DNA of 64,000 bases from NCBI GenBank assembly GCA_976551045.1, contig CDPCPM010000012.1, positions 6,696,001-6,760,000 of the forward strand, in the 5' to 3' direction. Within the stretch, counting starts at the first letter, position 1, and every line of letters starts with the position of its first letter. A program made the translations under genes and the position numbers. The stretch comes from Glaucostegus cemiculus. Its lineage: Eukaryota. The notes under the pieces were generated by a model. It made no database searches, was not told the origin of the DNA, and worked only from the letters and a program-made list of their open reading frames with translations. Positions 61,261 to 64,000 of the stretch are shown here, in pieces.

Positions 61261-64000
61261 AAGAGCATTCCTTGGAGGTTAGAACATTAGCTGAGACAAT
61301 CTCCGGAATAAAGAATCTTCTGTATCAGATACAATCTTTGTATATCTTCAGACCATATTTTTGTCAAAGGCAGTGGCTAAATTAATCATACTCGAAGTTC
61401 ATTTCAATTTACCAACAAATAACTATGAGTTTGAGTCATTTGTTTTTTTTTTGAAAATTGAAAAGGAATGTGAGTTTTCTTTGTTGTAATTTTTCAGCTG
61501 CTGAGACAGAAACAACCTTTTATACAAGTAAACTGTGGAAAAAAATTCTTATGGGACACGAGAGCCTTGACATAAATGCCAGAGAGTAATGAAAGCTATT
61601 CATACAAGCACTGAAAGGTTGGGCATTTTAGAGCCTACTACAGCATTACTATGAATTGTGTACATTACCAGTGAACATTGAGCATTCCAATGTGTGTCTG
61701 TTTAACATCTTCCACAAAAGTTCAATCATAGCCCAATCTGTGTGGATAGGCATTTAAATTATACTTAACAGGGATTTACTTAGCTAATCAATAAAAATGG
61801 TCCCCTATAATTTGTGCTGCCATTTTTCATTGGGATTGTGGTACTATATAATTTTCCTAATGGTTATGCTTTGCCCATGAGACAAATGTGTATGATTTGT
61901 TTGGCAATAGTTTGCCACTGAGCAAAGATCCTATACATATCAGTAATTCAGTAATGAAGCATTTGCAATTACATTGCATTTCCTGGCACTTATTTATGAA
62001 TCCAGGTTCTGTTTATGGAGTTTCTGTAATGATTTTATGTATTGATATACCAGTGAAAATTAACTTAAAAAATGATTTCATCCAAATTAATGATAAAATT
62101 GTTTCATTACGAAAACTAAGGTAAAGGTTGTAAACCCTATTAATACTGTGTTATTTATAGCTCATTTAAGTGAAAAAATAATCCCATGAATATTTTTATT
62201 AAAACCATTGGCAGATATGCTGAGAAACAGATTTATAAAATCACTTATCGCAAATGCTTTTAACAGAATTAATTTAACAGTACCCAGAGTGTCAGAATCC
62301 TGTTTTGAATTCTTCTTCGTTAAGTTTTATTTTCTTGAGGCTAGATGGAAATTTGCAAAAGGCCAAGTGTGGATCTGGAAGCAAAATTCCAGGAAATCCC
62401 AGTTTTTATTCTTGAGTGGGAATAGAGCTTTTGTACAGTTTCACCATGAAGAGGTGACCCTAAAGCAAAAGAAAATCGGGAGAAGTGCAACGGTTCTGTG
62501 CTTGTGTTTTCTGTTGATTTGCTTAAAAAATGTAGGCAGCAAGCATAAGAGGACCGGTTTAACTAGTCAGATTGTAATTATAGTCTCCTTCCCAGAACAC
62601 ACTGCAGAAAAGTGTAGGGGCAAAACAGCCCAGTTAGATTGTTACATGAGCCAAGGTGAAGATTTTCAAAAAGTGCATAAGATTCAAAACTTCAAGTTAA
62701 ATCTTCAGCTCTTGTACATGATAGATTTGTCCTTTTAATTTGATTGATTAGAAAATATGAAACAGGAATACTACAATTCTTCCAAGGCCAATAGTATTAA
62801 ACCCAACACTGTTTTCTAATCTTGGCTACGTTTGGTGGATGTTTGGCATCGAGCCAGGATCCACTTTGGAAGCACTGGTCATCACTGCAAATTAGCTGTC
62901 ATAACAAAGTTTTTGTTTGGAGGTTATGGAAGGAAGCCACTGCATGTTCCGCAGAGCAATTGCAGAATCATCTTGAGTGTGATAAATATCCCAGGTGCTT
63001 AACATGTGCTAGTTGACATTAGTAGTATTGTACTATTTTCAAATTTTCTACCTTGTCATTAGCTCAGATAAAATGGATTACCAAACATTAGTTGATTAAA
63101 CCAAGTACTGAAAGTGGATATATTAAGCAAGGCTGTTAGTTGATTATTAAAATATTGTTATTGTACCCTCTAAAGTAAGATAATGATTAGACGCATCAGA
63201 GTGAGCCAGAAACTTGAGAAGGAATTAAATATGTGAGGACAGCAACATTACCACAGTGTCCACAGTAACAGGGATTGCAACAGCAGACAAAGTGGAACTG
63301 GAGAAAGAGAAATGTTCAGAGTAAGTAAAGACAAGAACTAGCCATTTGGCCTTGACAGAGTCTGGTTCACTCTCAGAAGAGACATCACCTTTGGCATCTG
63401 TCACATTCTGAATGCTGGTCTGTAATCACTAGCTTCGACTTCATTACCTGCAGATGCGTGAAGGTAACTACAGCTATGAGTTTCTATATTGCAGCTTGCT
63501 TCCAATTGTGAGAGAGTGATAACTTTGCCAATTCAGTCAACAGTCCAGTGGTTTATTCCACAGGTTGGCTTTAAGCTTAGCCAAGATCTAGGGGACAATG
63601 GCCTACTCTATGAGAACATTAAAGACAAGAGAATGCAAACCAGCTCATTGCAACCCATTTTAGTGGTACAGCATCAAAATGCATTTTAAAATGCATATTG
63701 GTTCAATTCCCAATAGTGAATTGTTTAATATATTCATGACAAAGTCCTTCAGCCTAAATATTTAGGCTTTCTTGGTCTCCATTAATTTTTGTAGCCAATA
63801 ATCACTAATAGTTTTCACCTACAGCCATACAGTGGTAATTTACTTGCAGGTCCCAGGCCATATAAAGATCCCCATGTGCCCCATCAGAGTGGCGCATTCA
63901 TCTGAGATACTGAGATGCCCAGACTGCAGGGATGCTCTGGCTCGATGATGGCTATAGATTCAAATATATTAGACACTCCTTTTCAATTCACTAATACCTG

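Noticed and set aside
62208-62738. 176-aa ORF
   Set aside because: Non-ATG start, random-looking composition, no recognisable domain or splice context.
1-64000. Prokaryotic systems (CRISPR arrays, operons, retrons, defence islands)
   Set aside because: The DNA is clearly vertebrate; there is no repeat-spacer array or dense ORF packing, and all RT motifs belong to LINEs.

Overview
This is AT-rich, CpG-depleted vertebrate DNA from a cartilaginous fish, probably a ray (batoid). The assignment rests on its repeats: HE1/V-SINEs, SacSINE1-like DeuSINEs, CR1/HER1, Rex1/Babar, RTE, L2, L1 and Penelope-like remnants. There are three short assembly gaps. I recognise no intact host gene; nearly all ORFs in the track are retroelement fragments, their antisense, or chance. 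The unique DNA between repeats has several blocks that look like conserved non-coding (enhancer) sequence, suggesting a large intron or gene desert. The most unusual feature is a ~1.6 kb decayed minus-strand coding region at ~36.77-38.71 kb. It matches no transposon or host protein I know, is split by a SINE, and lies between the 5' ends of two divergent CR1 fragments. Its landmarks resemble the post-RdRp half of a bunyavirus L protein, so it is a candidate non-retroviral endogenous viral element, unverified and needing HMM/tblastn. Other notable items are two Penelope hammerhead-ribozyme fossils, a Gypsy fossil with a tRNA-Ser primer binding site, a young solo LTR, and candidate orphan exons and hairpins. 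Repeat-family names come from recalled consensus sequences, and boundaries are approximate unless a TSD is given.
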